A stretch of 64,000 bases of DNA from a virus. Shown here in pieces: positions 9,486-19,095 of this stretch. Each line of letters opens with the position of its first letter. Position 1 is the stretch's first letter. The DNA lies in IMG/VR virus record IMGVR_UViG_3300003323_000328, positions 1 through 64,000 of that record. One strand, written 5' to 3'. The translations under genes were made by a program, and so were the position numbers. The notes below the pieces were generated by a model, which worked only from the letters and a program-made list of their open reading frames with translations, ran no database searches and was not told the DNA's origin.

Positions 9486-11895
9486 GATAAGTGTTAATAT
9501 AATTAAATTCTTTAATAATTGGAGTATAGGATGTAACTAAATCTTTATACCATATAGTAGCATAGCGTATACGCGCTAAACTATTATTATTAGTGTCAGT
9601 TAAAGTTTCATAATAATTAAACTTTTCTTGGCACTCTTTCATTAAACTTTTTTGCCAATCTTCTAGTTTCAGCCATTCAGGATTAACTTTCTTACCACTA
9701 ATATGAAAGAAATGTGCAATGTGTGGAATAGCTTCTTTTACTGGAACAATATAATTTATTAAATCTAATCCTTTAAGATAGTTTTCTACTTTTTTAAGAT
9801 CCGTTTTAATATTATTATCTATCCAATCATTTTCTTCAGCAATAGTAATTATTTCATTCACTAAACCATCTGTTTCATCTTCTTTAGTAGTAAAATTAAT
9901 TTTATTAACTTTTAAATCAATTAATTTTTCTACTGTTTCTCCTAATGGTTGAAATATAAGTTTTAATTCTTCCACACTTTGTTCTAAACGCATCCTGGAA
10001 GAAGGTTTTCTTATATCTCCTCCAACAGTAAAAGAATAGTTATCCCAAATAGGAGATTTTTTAACAATAGCTGAATTAGCTATTTTTCTGAAAATAGGAT
10101 TATTACTCATAAGTGATCTGACATTTATTGAGTTTGGTAATGTAATAAAGTGTTTTTCATCTCGTATGTTTATTCTGTAAATAAAGATTTCTTTAAAAGG
10201 TATAGATAATAATATACTATACTTTTCCAATAAATCTTCATCTTTAGAAAAACCGTAAATAATAGCAGGTTTTTGTTGAAATTCACTTATTTTAATTGCT
10301 CTCTTTCTATTTACTTTAGCAATTTCATAAGCTACATAATCTACTATAATTTCTTCATCTTTAGCTGTTACTTTTCTTTTATGAATCTTAGTATGTTCTT
10401 CCCACCAGTTTATATAGTCTTGAGGAACTTCTATAGATTCATATTCATAACTATTAAGTATAACTTCTCTTTTAATTGCTTCAGAATATCTTTGTGCTAT
10501 CTTTAGCTTATTAGGCATAGTAGCATAATCTATTTTCTTAACTTTTGGAAAAGTTAAATACTTACGAAGACAAGCAGGCTCTTCTTTTTTAGTTACAAAT
10601 ACAACAGCTTCTTTTCCTAAATCTTCTCTCAGTTTATTTAAATAAGCAAGTTTAACAGACTTATATCTTCCACTAGGAGTAGTTTCTCTTACAACCAGAT
10701 TATTAGTTAATATTCTATGAGTTAATCTTTTTCTATTGTATGGTTCTATATTAACTATTTTTCTATCTCTGGTTAGCGTTTTATGTATTTCATACTCAAA
10801 ATAAGGATTTTCGGGAAGTTTAATACCTAAAGAAGCTACAGGAGTATAACTATGTTCTTTTCTTTCTACAATTTGATCTACATTAATTACTCTATCCAGT
10901 AATCCAATATAAGAGACACTTTCTTTATTGTCATAGTAATCTACAAGATTATTATGCTCTGTTTCTACTGAAGAAGCTAACTCTTTTATCTCTTGTTTAA
11001 AAGCTTCTATTTTTTCTAAAATAATTTGTGAAGTTTCTACAAAAGTACCATCTTCTTTTTCGATAGCTACATATCTAATAGATTCTCTTTCAGGAGTTAT
11101 AGGAAGTTCACCAATATTAAATTTCAATCCTGCCGGAAAGTTAATTGGAGGAATACCAAGTTTATTCCAATCAATAGGATAACACACTTTACCTATACAA
11201 ATATGAAGAAATTCATTTGTATCGATATCATTTCTAAACTTAAAAGTATCTCCTATGTGAATCCTGTAGTCATTTTTAACTAAAGATGTTCCTTTAACAT
11301 AAACATTATCAAAATATCTTAATTGTTGTGGTATCTTATCTATAAATTTATACCTATCACTTTCTTTAATATAAATTTTAATTTGAGTACCATTTCGTTC
11401 ATCAGTAGTAGACTCATCAAACTTTTCTATTCTAGGGACTCTTTCACCTTTATGAACAATATAATGATATTTAATTTGATTATGATTAGTAATAACTTCA
11501 AAACTATCAGTATAAGCTAAAGGACTCTTACTTCCAAGACCCCAATAACCTATTTGATCATTACTATTACGTTTAGTACTACTAGCAGGTTTAGAATATA
11601 TATTTTTCATTCTATCTGGAGATATACCTACTCCAAAATCTTGAAAAATTATATAATTTCCTCCATCATCATCACCAAATTCTATAATAACAGGTTCATT
11701 TACTCCTGCTTCTTGATGACTATCAAAACAATTACTAGTTATTTCTCTTATAACAGAACCTATGGGATCTCTGTACATTTGATTGAACATTATATCAAAT
11801 ATAAAACCCATATCTTTTTGATCTATAGAAAGATCAATTCCTTCTAAATTACTATTAGAAGAAATCTCTACATTTTTAGATTCAAAACCTTTCAT
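9460..11895 (-). CDS. rIIA: rIIA-like protein (GHKL ATPase)
   Basis: MYRDPIGSVIREITSNCFDSH, DFGVGIS, STKRNSNDQIGYWGLGSKSPLAY. Confidence 0.9.
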   Translation of the reverse strand: MKGFESKNVEISSNSNLEGIDLSIDQKDMGFIFDIMFNQMYRDPIGSVIREITSNCFDSHQEAGVNEPVIIEFGDDDGGNYIIFQDFGVGISPDRMKNIYSKPASSTKRNSNDQIGYWGLGSKSPLAYTDSFEVITNHNQIKYHYIVHKGERVPRIEKFDESTTDERNGTQIKIYIKESDRYKFIDKIPQQLRYFDNVYVKGTSLVKNDYRIHIGDTFKFRNDIDTNEFLHICIGKVCYPIDWNKLGIPPINFPAGLKFNIGELPITPERESIRYVAIEKEDGTFVETSQIILEKIEAFKQEIKELASSVETEHNNLVDYYDNKESVSYIGLLDRVINVDQIVERKEHSYTPVASLGIKLPENPYFEYEIHKTLTRDRKIVNIEPYNRKRLTHRILTNNLVVRETTPSGRYKSVKLAYLNKLREDLGKEAVVFVTKKEEPACLRKYLTFPKVKKIDYATMPNKLKIAQRYSEAIKREVILNSYEYESIEVPQDYINWWEEHTKIHKRKVTAKDEEIIVDYVAYEIAKVNRKRAIKISEFQQKPAIIYGFSKDEDLLEKYSILLSIPFKEIFIYRINIRDEKHFITLPNSINVRSLMSNNPIFRKIANSAIVKKSPIWDNYSFTVGGDIRKPSSRMRLEQSVEELKLIFQPLGETVEKLIDLKVNKINFTTKEDETDGLVNEIITIAEENDWIDNNIKTDLKKVENYLKGLDLINYIVPVKEAIPHIAHFFHISGKKVNPEWLKLEDWQKSLMKECQEKFNYYETLTDTNNNSLARIRYATIWYKDLVTSYTPIIKEFNYINTYHDKKAITN

Positions 11896-12266
11896 GTGTT
11901 ATTTATTTCACCATACTTAACTTTAAGCATGGTAATTTCCTCGACTAATTTTTTAACTTCTTTATGGAGTTTTTTATTTTCAGATTCTAACTTTTTAATA
12001 TTAGCATTCTTTCTAATTTTTATATCTTCCATAAATTCTATATACTCTTCTTTTGGAAGAATACTTATACGTTTAGCTTCAGCTAATCTTTCTTTTAAAT
12101 TATCTATTTCAAGTTCAAAAACATTTAATTGTTTCAATAATCTTCTTATTATAAAGTGCTTTTTTAACTCTCTAGATAATTCTTGTTTAAAAGATTCATA
12201 CTGAGAACGACTAGGTTCTTTAATGGTCATATCTATATAACCATTTTCATTAACGTTTATACTCAT
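11892..12266 (-). CDS. hypothetical coiled-coil protein
   Basis: 124 aa, heptad-like Leu/Glu/Lys pattern. Confidence 0.65.
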   Translation of the reverse strand: MSINVNENGYIDMTIKEPSRSQYESFKQELSRELKKHFIIRRLLKQLNVFELEIDNLKERLAEAKRISILPKEEYIEFMEDIKIRKNANIKKLESENKKLHKEVKKLVEEITMLKVKYGEINNT

Positions 12267-13515
12267 AATCTCTAATAATTAAACAATCTGAATCAGTATC
12301 TCTAACATGTCCTTGTATAGGTAAACCACCTGTACTTCTTTCTTGAAATCGTACAGTAGCTTTTTTACCTATCCAATCTCTGTTTTGATACCAAGTTTCT
12401 TTTTGTTTAGCTGTTCCACTAGGTCTAGCACTAAAAATCTGATCATCTATATTATTTTTTAATATAAACACAAAAGAATTTGCTACAGTCTTATTAGGAT
12501 CAATGGTACAACCAATTAATTCAAATTCTTCATCTTCAAACTCTTTTACTTTAATTAAGTTATTAGATCTAAAAGATACTTCATACTTACCTTCTAATTG
12601 TCTAATTATAGCTCCTTCATAACCCTGAGAAACATAGTCATCATGATAAAGTTTGACTTCAGACTCATCATCAGCCATATAATGACCAACAGGTTTTATG
12701 TGAGTAGCTTTAAATTGAGTTTTAAGAACTAAAGTATGAATACGTAAATCATTTAATCGTTGTCCTTGAGATGCCTTAGTATCTAAAACATCATAAACAT
12801 GAAATTCTATATCAGGTGAACAATCTTTTTCTTTTCGTACTTCACCACTAATAACTTGAAGAGGTTTTCCATGAATATAAAGCTCACCATCAAGAATTAA
12901 ATTTTGATTAATAGCAAAATAGTCTTCTAGTTGTTTCTTAATATGAAATATATTATAAGTAATTCCTCCTCTACTACTTAATATAACTTCGCTAGTTTCA
13001 GTATTATATTGAGCCAAACATCTTACTCCATTTAATTTAGGTTGAACAGCAACAGGATATACTACTTTCTTCTTTATATCCTTCCACTTAGAAGCTAACA
13101 TAGGTAATGGAAGCCAAGAAGGAGTAGTATTATAAGTAATTCCTAAAGTTTTAAAATAAGACTTAAGAAGTAACTTAAAATCATTTGAATTTTCCTCTAA
13201 ATCTATGCCAAGTGCTATCGCTCTTTCTTTTAAAGTGTTAACACTTTTATAGCCTTCTAGTTTTTTATCATTATAGATACTATCAGCTACCAATTTAGTT
13301 TGTTCTTCAATATTTCTTCCAGCTTTTCCTTGAGTTATTCTTGTAGTTGTTGTAGTAGTTTTACCTTCCAGTAATCCAGAAGCAGATATTATTACATATT
13401 CTCCTATATCATTAGGAGTTACATGAAGCGAGAATACTCTTATTTTACCTTTTTTATCTAAAGAATATAAAGAGTCATACTCAATTTTAAGATTAGTTAA
13501 AGTCATAGCTTCCAA
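12250..13515 (-). CDS. ATP-dependent DNA ligase
   Basis: QPKLNGVRC (motif I), LDGELY, GYEGAIIR, RSNNLIKVK, C-terminal OB-fold motifs. Confidence 0.92.
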   Translation of the reverse strand: MEAMTLTNLKIEYDSLYSLDKKGKIRVFSLHVTPNDIGEYVIISASGLLEGKTTTTTTRITQGKAGRNIEEQTKLVADSIYNDKKLEGYKSVNTLKERAIALGIDLEENSNDFKLLLKSYFKTLGITYNTTPSWLPLPMLASKWKDIKKKVVYPVAVQPKLNGVRCLAQYNTETSEVILSSRGGITYNIFHIKKQLEDYFAINQNLILDGELYIHGKPLQVISGEVRKEKDCSPDIEFHVYDVLDTKASQGQRLNDLRIHTLVLKTQFKATHIKPVGHYMADDESEVKLYHDDYVSQGYEGAIIRQLEGKYEVSFRSNNLIKVKEFEDEEFELIGCTIDPNKTVANSFVFILKNNIDDQIFSARPSGTAKQKETWYQNRDWIGKKATVRFQERSTGGLPIQGHVRDTDSDCLIIRDYEYKR

Positions 13516-13772
13516 AATTGTTTAACTTCATTTGCTGCACTTGTTTTAAGTAAACTATTTACTTCAGCAGCTACAGATTTCCATGAAGATAAAGTAGTTT
13601 GATTTAAACTGTTTTCACATCTACAACCTAAATTAAACCAAACTTTATCTCCATCAAAAATATAACCTAATTTAGCTTCACATTCACTACATTCTTGTGT
13701 TACCCATTTCGAATGTCTTAAAAGAGCAGCTTTTTTATGTAGTTCTTCGGGGGTTACGAGTAGATCTTCCAT
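13503..13772 (-). CDS. hypothetical protein, putative Zn-binding
   Basis: CSEC...CRC. Confidence 0.6.
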   Translation of the reverse strand: MEDLLVTPEELHKKAALLRHSKWVTQECSECEAKLGYIFDGDKVWFNLGCRCENSLNQTTLSSWKSVAAEVNSLLKTSAANEVKQFWKL

Positions 13773-13774
13773 AC

Positions 13775-14056
13775 TTAATTTGAAAAAATATAAGACATAA
13801 TTACAATAGGAACAGGACTATCACAGTTTTCAAATAATAAACAATCTGTATAATAATCTCCTACTTCCATAATACTAACATCTTGAGTTAAAAGACGTAA
13901 ACCAGTATCTAAGTTATTTTTAGTTACATTTTCTAAAATTTCAGCAGGAATATAATATGTACCTCCAGAACACTGGAAAGATACAGGAGTTAAAGAATTT
14001 TTAAAATGATTTTCAATATGTAACAAATACTTTAGATATTGATCTGGTTCTCTCAT
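13775..14056 (-). CDS. hypothetical protein
   Basis: 93 aa ORF, tight operon packing. Confidence 0.65.
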   Translation of the reverse strand: MREPDQYLKYLLHIENHFKNSLTPVSFQCSGGTYYIPAEILENVTKNNLDTGLRLLTQDVSIMEVGDYYTDCLLFENCDSPVPIVIMSYIFSN

Positions 14057-14060
14057 ATAT

Positions 14061-14333
14061 TCATCCTTTAAATCTAGGTCTTTTAGGAGTATCAGGTACT
14101 CTATGCACTCTTAATTCTCCTTCTTGTATTTGTGTCTCAGAAAAAATGTAAGCTTTATCTTCTTTTTTTCTAATAGAGTTAATAGCAGCTTCTACTTTTT
14201 TCTTATCTGAAAATGGAATAGTAAAACTATCACCAACTTCAATGGTTTTAAGAGCTTTAGTAATTTCAGAAGCTTCTTTCATTACTCTCCGTTTTTCAGG
14301 AATCGGAATACCTTTTTGAATTTCAATTGCCAT
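14061..14333 (-). CDS. small phage DNA-binding-like protein
   Basis: IEIQKGIPIP...EVGDSF...LRVHRV pattern of a recurrent small phage protein family. Confidence 0.55.
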   Translation of the reverse strand: MAIEIQKGIPIPEKRRVMKEASEITKALKTIEVGDSFTIPFSDKKKVEAAINSIRKKEDKAYIFSETQIQEGELRVHRVPDTPKRPRFKG

Positions 14334-14336
14334 ATC

Positions 14337-14813
14337 TTATAGTTTAATTTTAGACAAAAATAAGTTATTTTCCAGATATTTAATATAAAGTTCTTTATTA
14401 TCTATTGTAGCAACTATAGAACCAATTTCATCTGAGGAAGCAACTATTCCTAAGTCATATTTTTGTACTAATTTATTGTACTCCTCTACAAACTGTTTTA
14501 CTTTTTCTTTCTTTCTATCTGGTTCTAATAAAGTATCTATATCAGATTGTAAATCTGGCTTTGCTACAATGTTATTATTTAGTTGTTCTTCTTTAACTAG
14601 TATTCCAAAAGTATCTATGATATTATTAACTTCTTTAGAAGAACTACTTCCCTCTAGAAGTAAACAATTTCTTATAGTATCTTTAAGACTATCTTTAGCA
14701 ATACTAATTGCATTAGCTTTTGTAAATTCAACTATAGAATAACTATGTTGTAAAATAACTTTAAATCTTTTCTTTTCCATTTTAATGTATCCAAAAGGTT
14801 CCACATTGTGCAT
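14337..14813 (-). CDS. hypothetical protein (true start possibly 14780, MEKKRF)
   Basis: ORF between polA and the small DNA-binding-like gene. Confidence 0.65.
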   Translation of the reverse strand: MHNVEPFGYIKMEKKRFKVILQHSYSIVEFTKANAISIAKDSLKDTIRNCLLLEGSSSSKEVNNIIDTFGILVKEEQLNNNIVAKPDLQSDIDTLLEPDRKKEKVKQFVEEYNKLVQKYDLGIVASSDEIGSIVATIDNKELYIKYLENNLFLSKIKL

Positions 14814-16950
14814 CAGCTTTCATCTTAATAGAAGATGAATAAGGTAAAAGATACCTATTAGCTGTATTTGTCATAATTTCTCCAACATCAGAAGAAAATT
14901 CTTTTCCTTTATGTTTAACCACAAGTTCATCATGAACAGTTAAAAGTATCTTACCTGAAACATTCTTTTTAACAAATGCTTTATTAATTTGTACCATAGA
15001 TTCTTTTATCATATCTGCTTGAGTACCTTGAATACGACAATTTCTAGCAGCACCTTCAATATCAGATATTTCACTAAATTTTAGTTCACTTTGAACTTTA
15101 TTATAAATTTTATAACGTTCTTCATTATATAAATTAAAAGCATCTTTAATAGCTAATACAGGTCTAAACCAACGTCTATTATTAGAAACTGAATTAAAAA
15201 TAACATATCCATCTATAAACGCAAGTTTTGCAGCTTCTTCTACCATAGCAAATACTTTAGGAAACTTACGTCTAATAGTATCAATCATAACTTGTGCTTC
15301 ATCTTTAGGTATATTTAAAGTTTGAGCACCTTTATTATTCTTCATTCCATAAACAGTACCAAAAGTAAACGACTTAAAGTCAGTTCTTAATAACTTGTTT
15401 ACCTTTTTATTTACAAGAAAATCAGCAGTTAATGTATAAGAATTTCTTAAAGAATCTTTAATAGTTAGATCTCTATTTCTTTGAACTCTATAATTATAAA
15501 CAGCTTGCCAACATTCAGTTGCTACAGGAGAATGTATATCATCCTTAACAATAGCTAAATCATACATTACTTCATCATTAGCTAATGCTGCCATAATAAC
15601 AGCTTCAGCTCCTGTAAGATCACATGAAGTTAAATAATATCCTTGAGCTATTTCTTCTTTAGTTAATCCAAAACATGATCTAACTTCTTGCTCTCTGGGT
15701 AATTGTTGACTATTAAATAATCCAGATTTTACATCACCAGAAGCTAATCTACCAGTATCAGTACTACAAGGTTTATAATAAGTATGAACTTTACCAGTTA
15801 TAGGATTTTTATATCCTCTTTCTAGTTTTTTAGTTTTAACAAACTCAGAATGAAGAAACTTTTTACCATAACTATTAAGAAACTTATCATGTTCTTTAAA
15901 AATAATATAATTTTGAAGAAAATCTTTAGCTATAGTTTCAGGATTATCTATTATATATTGTTGAATAGCAGCTTCTCTAAGTGAATCTTTCAACTCTTTT
16001 CCTTTCTCTTTAAGCTGGGGAACTTTCGGTAAAACTTGTCTAAGTTTATCAAGTACAGCAGGAGAAGAATTATAGTTAAGATGCTTAGTATTTTTGTTTT
16101 CTATTTCAGTAGGTTCTGCTCCAAATAAATCTAAAGCATACACAGTAACTTTTTTACGTTCTTTTATGGGTTTCTTTAAAAGATTACCCATCTCTTTATC
16201 TAAAAAAAGTTCAGTTTTAAATTTTTCTTCTTTCCTTTTTGCTATAATAACATTCCACTGATCTTCATAAAGTTGTATTCCTTCAAGTTCTGCATCACCT
16301 AATACTGGAATAAGACCAAACTCATTTTCTTTAATCCATTCATATTGACCAGTTTGTTTAAGTAATTCTCTTTGAACTCTAGCTATATCTACAATACCAC
16401 TAATATCAGTAGCTGAATATGCAATATGCTTATATTCAAATCTAGAACGTTTGGTCATACCAACAAATTCATTTCGAATATCTTTATCAGTAGCCATTCT
16501 TCTTTTTAATCTTCTTTGATAAACATCAAAAAGATTGGCTGTTTCTCCTAGTCCTAAACATATCCTCTGTTCAGCAACCATTGTGTCAAAAACAGGACCT
16601 AAGAAAATTCCGTTAGTTTTAGAATGCACATAATCAAATTTTATATTATGACCAATTGCCATAAGTTTATTATGATCATTCAGTACTTGTTTGACCAGCG
16701 GAAACAATTGGGAAGTTCCATCTACAACAAATTGATTATCGGCATCCCCAATACTGACCAACACTATGTCAGTAGTATAAAAACGGTTGTCATTTGTCTC
16801 AATATCATATCCGTAGAATCCGGCACACTTTTTTAGATAAGTGTTTAGCAATTCTACGTCTTTAGTTACAGAGATTTTAGGAGTTCTATAGATTAGCTCG
16901 CCATGATCTTCCCGATCAGTAAGAAAAATTATAGGTTTAGTTTGATCCAT
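14782..16950 (-). CDS. polA: family A DNA polymerase with 3'-5' exonuclease
   Basis: Exo I YDIET, Exo II HNIKFD, Exo III YSATD; TGRLAS; motif A CDLTGAE; motif B RTDFKSFTFGTVYG; motif C VHDE. Confidence 0.95.
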   Translation of the reverse strand: MDQTKPIIFLTDREDHGELIYRTPKISVTKDVELLNTYLKKCAGFYGYDIETNDNRFYTTDIVLVSIGDADNQFVVDGTSQLFPLVKQVLNDHNKLMAIGHNIKFDYVHSKTNGIFLGPVFDTMVAEQRICLGLGETANLFDVYQRRLKRRMATDKDIRNEFVGMTKRSRFEYKHIAYSATDISGIVDIARVQRELLKQTGQYEWIKENEFGLIPVLGDAELEGIQLYEDQWNVIIAKRKEEKFKTELFLDKEMGNLLKKPIKERKKVTVYALDLFGAEPTEIENKNTKHLNYNSSPAVLDKLRQVLPKVPQLKEKGKELKDSLREAAIQQYIIDNPETIAKDFLQNYIIFKEHDKFLNSYGKKFLHSEFVKTKKLERGYKNPITGKVHTYYKPCSTDTGRLASGDVKSGLFNSQQLPREQEVRSCFGLTKEEIAQGYYLTSCDLTGAEAVIMAALANDEVMYDLAIVKDDIHSPVATECWQAVYNYRVQRNRDLTIKDSLRNSYTLTADFLVNKKVNKLLRTDFKSFTFGTVYGMKNNKGAQTLNIPKDEAQVMIDTIRRKFPKVFAMVEEAAKLAFIDGYVIFNSVSNNRRWFRPVLAIKDAFNLYNEERYKIYNKVQSELKFSEISDIEGAARNCRIQGTQADMIKESMVQINKAFVKKNVSGKILLTVHDELVVKHKGKEFSSDVGEIMTNTANRYLLPYSSSIKMKADAQCGTFWIH

Positions 16951-16972
16951 ATTATCAATTTAATTACCTTTA
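16941..16972 (+). promoter_or_regulatory. Bacteroidota-type sigma promoter (variant -7 element)
   Basis: TTTG (16941-16944), 20 nt spacer, TACCTTTA (16965-16972); ATG follows after 4 nt. Confidence 0.55.
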
Positions 16973-16976
16973 CACC

Positions 16977-17108
16977 ATGTTAAAGAAAGAACAAATATTG
17001 AAACAAAAACAATTAGAAGCCATGAAAGCACAATCTTGGAAAGAGAAAGCTATTGCCGAAATCAAGCAAGCAGTGAGAGATTCTAAGAAAGGTATATTCT
17101 TATTCTAA
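16977..17108 (+). CDS. 43 aa counter-oriented microprotein MLKKEQILKQKQLEAMKAQSWKEKAIAEIKQAVRDSKKGIFLF
   Basis: Fills the polA upstream gap, has its own promoter and a 15 bp hairpin at its end; not in the ORF track. Confidence 0.6.
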   Translation: MLKKEQILKQKQLEAMKAQSWKEKAIAEIKQAVRDSKKGIFLF

Positions 17109-17121
17109 TATACCTTTCTTA
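17084..17121. terminator. 15 bp perfect hairpin between convergent genes
   Basis: TAAGAAAGGTATATT-CTTATTCT-AATATACCTTTCTTA. Confidence 0.65.
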
Positions 17122-17125
17122 TACT

Positions 17126-17506
17126 TTAAACATGACTATTTATTAATTGAGTTAAACCATCTATCGCTTTTTCAGTAGCGTTATTTATATCATCTATTGT
17201 TCGTCCGCAAATAACCTCAAAAGAATTAATCCAAGACCTAGTCGGTTGTAAATCTTTGCTTTCTTTAAAGACTTTTACTATCCATTGCCGTTCATCATAA
17301 GGTCTAATGGTCAAACTATAGTTTCTGGCAATCAATTCACTAATATTAATTCCATGAAAACTTATCATTTTATGAATTAACTCACCTTCTCTTTTAACTA
17401 GTTCTTTAACACAATCTTCTGCCCCTTTTATACCACCATCATTAATAGTACCATTTTCATAAGCTGATCGTAGTGTTGTAAGTAATATATCTTCTATACC
17501 TTTCAT
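17126..17506 (-). CDS. hypothetical protein
   Basis: 126 aa ORF. Confidence 0.65.
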   Translation of the reverse strand: MKGIEDILLTTLRSAYENGTINDGGIKGAEDCVKELVKREGELIHKMISFHGINISELIARNYSLTIRPYDERQWIVKVFKESKDLQPTRSWINSFEVICGRTIDDINNATEKAIDGLTQLINSHV

Positions 17507-17889
17507 AAGTACTCAAGTTTTAATACATCTACTATAAACTTAGGAATATCAACTTGTATCATATTATTATAGTACAAACATTTTCCTTTTAATATTCCAA
17601 TAGTTCCTTTTTGAACAAGAAATTCTCTGTTTTGTATCTTTACTTTAACATGGAATTTATGAACTTGAATTATTTTGCATTCAAATCTAATACATCCTTT
17701 AGGAACTTCTTTACTGCTGTCTGGAAACAGTGTAATACAATCATCATGATAATATTCTCTATAAGTAGTATCATCTCCTATATACATTTTTAAAAGACTA
17801 CTAGTATTGTGTCTACTTAAAATACGTTGACCACAATATCTACAATAAGGTATATTAAGAGAATCTACTACTGGTATAGGAATTTTCAT
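17503..17889 (-). CDS. hypothetical protein with putative Zn-binding N-terminus (start reassigned to MKIPIP)
   Basis: CRYC...HDDC; ATG at 17889 follows the stop of the microgene at 17892. Confidence 0.6.
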   Translation of the reverse strand: MKIPIPVVDSLNIPYCRYCGQRILSRHNTSSLLKMYIGDDTTYREYYHDDCITLFPDSSKEVPKGCIRFECKIIQVHKFHVKVKIQNREFLVQKGTIGILKGKCLYYNNMIQVDIPKFIVDVLKLEYL

Positions 17890-17891
17890 AA

Positions 17892-18014
17892 TTATTTTTT
17901 GAACAGTCTGTCTATTACTACCCACCATAATCTGGCTACACAAATAGCAACAACTATTTGAAATAAATATGAAGACAATATAGCAGGTGTAAATTGAATT
18001 ACTTGGTTTTCCAT
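17892..18014 (-). CDS. 40 aa single-pass membrane microprotein MENQVIQFTPAILSSYLFQIVVAICVARLWWVVIDRLFKK
   Basis: Manual translation; hydrophobic core and basic C-terminus; fills the gap. Confidence 0.55.
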   Translation of the reverse strand: MENQVIQFTPAILSSYLFQIVVAICVARLWWVVIDRLFKK

Positions 18015-18283
18015 CTTGGTATTTTTGTTAGTGTTCTATATTTTTCCCAAATAGCAGCTCTAAATTGATAATGATTTTCACCAGGAAAAACTTTCAACAA
18101 TAGCTTTTTAAGGGATTTTCTTCTACCAGTTTCTTTATTATATTTATCTTTATGACTAGCAGTAACATCTGCTCTTGCTATAATTGCACCATCATAAGAT
18201 TCTAAAACACAAACTGTAGTTCTTTTAAAATCTTCTGGATAAACCCAAGAGATTTTAGCTTGAATAATATCAATTTTTATCAT
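17999..18283 (-). CDS. hypothetical phage protein
   Basis: TTVC...DKYNKETGRRKSL pattern recurrent in phage proteins. Confidence 0.65.
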   Translation of the reverse strand: MIKIDIIQAKISWVYPEDFKRTTVCVLESYDGAIIARADVTASHKDKYNKETGRRKSLKKLLLKVFPGENHYQFRAAIWEKYRTLTKIPRWKTK

Positions 18284-18848
18284 TATTAAATAAATTTAAG
18301 TATTCTTTAATACTAGTTTTATTACCATCATACTTACGAATAAATATTTTACGTCCATGTTTATTAGTAAAATAATATTCTTTCATACTACCATTAGATC
18401 TTAAATAATCTTTAACAGAAGCTCCACCTAGAAGATGTATTGCTGCAAGTAGTCCAGCTTCTGTTATATAAATACCTTCTATCTCTTTTCCTACATACTT
18501 AAGTAAGTCTTTCTTTCTTAAATATTCATAGTTATGATCTAGGAGTTTATCCATTGCTTCCTCTTGTAGAGTCTGCTTATAGAGAAAGTAGTCAGGGTTA
18601 ATATTTAAAGTTTTGAGGGTTTGTTTAGTAAACTGGTATTTACCTAAGCAACCAAATTGGTTAACAGCAAGATAATTATTATTACTTTCTCTCTTACCAA
18701 TAACTTGTTTAATATCTTTAAGAGGTATACCTCCATAACCAAAATATATTTCTACAGGTTTTAAAACTGTAAGAAACTCAACTTTCTTTCTATTAGAATT
18801 AGCAGAAAGAAATAACGAAGAACAAAACATTAATAATAAAAGTTTCAT
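18270..18848 (-). CDS. lysozyme-fold muramidase / lytic transglycosylase with N-terminal signal sequence
   Basis: RESNNNY...GCLGKYQF...QEEAM...GLLAAIHLLG; hydrophobic MKLLLLMFCSSLFLSA. Confidence 0.75.
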   Translation of the reverse strand: MKLLLLMFCSSLFLSANSNRKKVEFLTVLKPVEIYFGYGGIPLKDIKQVIGKRESNNNYLAVNQFGCLGKYQFTKQTLKTLNINPDYFLYKQTLQEEAMDKLLDHNYEYLRKKDLLKYVGKEIEGIYITEAGLLAAIHLLGGASVKDYLRSNGSMKEYYFTNKHGRKIFIRKYDGNKTSIKEYLNLFNNDKN

Positions 18849-18872
18849 AATAAATTGGGTTAGTGAAACATC

Positions 18873-19034
18873 TTAAAATAAATAACTAATGATAAAACAG
18901 AGACTAGTAAAAGTCACTATCATAGTTACTATCATTAAAAGCAAACCAAAAACATTAGGATAATTAATAGAAAAATTTCCAAGTTTATTTCTAAAATTAT
19001 CTATGTTAGTTTCAATATTTCTTATGATATTCAT
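18873..19034 (-). CDS. 53 aa membrane microprotein (MNIIRNIETN...FGLLLMIVTMIVTFTSLCFIISYLF)
   Basis: Manual translation; C-terminal hydrophobic helix. Confidence 0.55.
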   Translation of the reverse strand: MNIIRNIETNIDNFRNKLGNFSINYPNVFGLLLMIVTMIVTFTSLCFIISYLF

Positions 19035-19046
19035 GGTAGAAGTATT

Positions 19047-19073
19047 AAAATAGGAGAGGTTGTAACCTCTCCT
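19047..19073 (-). terminator. intrinsic terminator
   Basis: AGGAGAGGTT/AACCTCTCCT stem followed by ATTTT on the minus strand. Confidence 0.7.
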
Positions 19074-19095
19074 TAACCTAACTTATTCCCCTCAC

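Noticed and set aside
13020-13050. KLNG instead of KxDG in ligase motif I as a sign of inactivation
   Set aside because: The adenylated Lys and the other motifs are intact, so this is most likely a tolerated variant
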